A DNA stretch of 61,417 nt, filler included, from an uncultured bacterium (GTDB lineage: Bacteria; Hinthialibacterota; Hinthialibacteria; Hinthialibacterales; Hinthialibacteraceae): the NCBI GenBank assembly GCA_964449065.1. It is 22 parts of 22 records of this genome, joined end to end, with 100 filler letters (N's around TTAATTAATTAA, not from the genome) between each part and the next. Parts side by side here need not be neighbours in the genome. Positions count along the whole stretch, not along the records: positions 58,901 to 61,417 come from CAYVAZ010000514.1; 21 more parts are not named here. One strand, given 5' to 3'. Of the stretch, positions 60,948 to 61,417 are shown piece after piece (within the stretch, counting starts at the first letter, position 1; each line of letters begins with the position of its first letter). The notes under the pieces are model-generated. The model did no database searches. It worked only from the letters and a program-made list of their open reading frames with translations, and was not told where the DNA came from. The position numbers and the translations under genes are program-made.

Positions 60948-61417
60948 TGGTCGACGGTATCGAAGAACCCCTTCAGATCGCAATCGACCATGTGGCATCT
61001 CTTGCCTTTCGGGATCATCACCCGCCGCACCGGTGAAGGGCTGTATGAGCCCTCTCTGAGTTTGGACAGGCTCTTCTCCCCGTGTTCAGCCCAGAAGTCG
61101 CGGAAATCCGCCACCTCCATGCCATCGACACCCGCCGCTCCTTTGTTGCCGCGAACTTGTTTCCAAGCCCACAACAAATTTTCGGAGTCGAGGATGTCTT
61201 CCAGTGTTACTCCACGGGAACTCTCTTGCTCTGCCTGCGTCCCATATCCATGTCTCACTTCACCTTGCGGTTTCGTTGTGGTGGATGGGTTGGCGGGTCG
61301 GCTGCCCGTATTGGTTCGGCCCTTCGTGGGATCTTGCTTGCGGGTTTCGTAGTTCATTAGGCATCTTTCATCCTCCCGGTTCTTGCTCCCATTACTATGG
61401 CCTCGGCTGACTCCTCG
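60941..61417 (-). pseudogene. Group II intron remnant (class C-like) with internally deleted, truncated RT/maturase
   Basis: NLLWAWKQVRGNKGAAGVDGM, YSPSPVRRVMIPK joined to VDCDLKGFFDTVDH; upstream intron RNA motif GAGTCAGCCGAGGCCATAGTA. Confidence 0.85.

Noticed and set aside
60905..61357. RT as a retron, DGR or defence-associated RT
   Set aside because: The RT0 motif NKGAAGVDG and the upstream intron RNA motif indicate a group II intron, and the catalytic YADD region is absent.

Overview
This is not one continuous locus. It is about 22 short contigs (about 2.5-2.85 kb, in decreasing length order) joined by 100-nt N linkers that contain TTAATTAATTAA, so neighbourhoods across linkers mean nothing. 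Most contigs look like one sulfatase-, DUF1080- and repeat-rich bacterium (my inference: Hinthialibacterota/OLB16-like). They carry batABC, a speD-speE fusion, SSS and DMT transporters, kdgK-eda, pyrE, a TrkA-type channel, and many toxin-antitoxin genes, several of them decayed. Several contigs look foreign by composition and gene type: 1-2841, 14533-17309, 28801-31505, 45571-48152, 53608-56171 and 58901-61417. Best leads: (1) an integron cassette array fragment with two clear attC sites (HNH nuclease cassette, TA cassette) that runs into a truncated group II intron; (2) a complete 2543-bp IS with 14-bp TIRs and an unusual 786-aa DDE transposase, abutting a broken IS630; (3) an orphan polymorphic-toxin tip plus immunity gene bracketed by two structured direct repeats of about 150 bp; (4) a 14-copy 13-bp terminal motif that defines MITE-like shells carrying REP-type hairpins. 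I found no rRNA, intact tRNA or CRISPR array.
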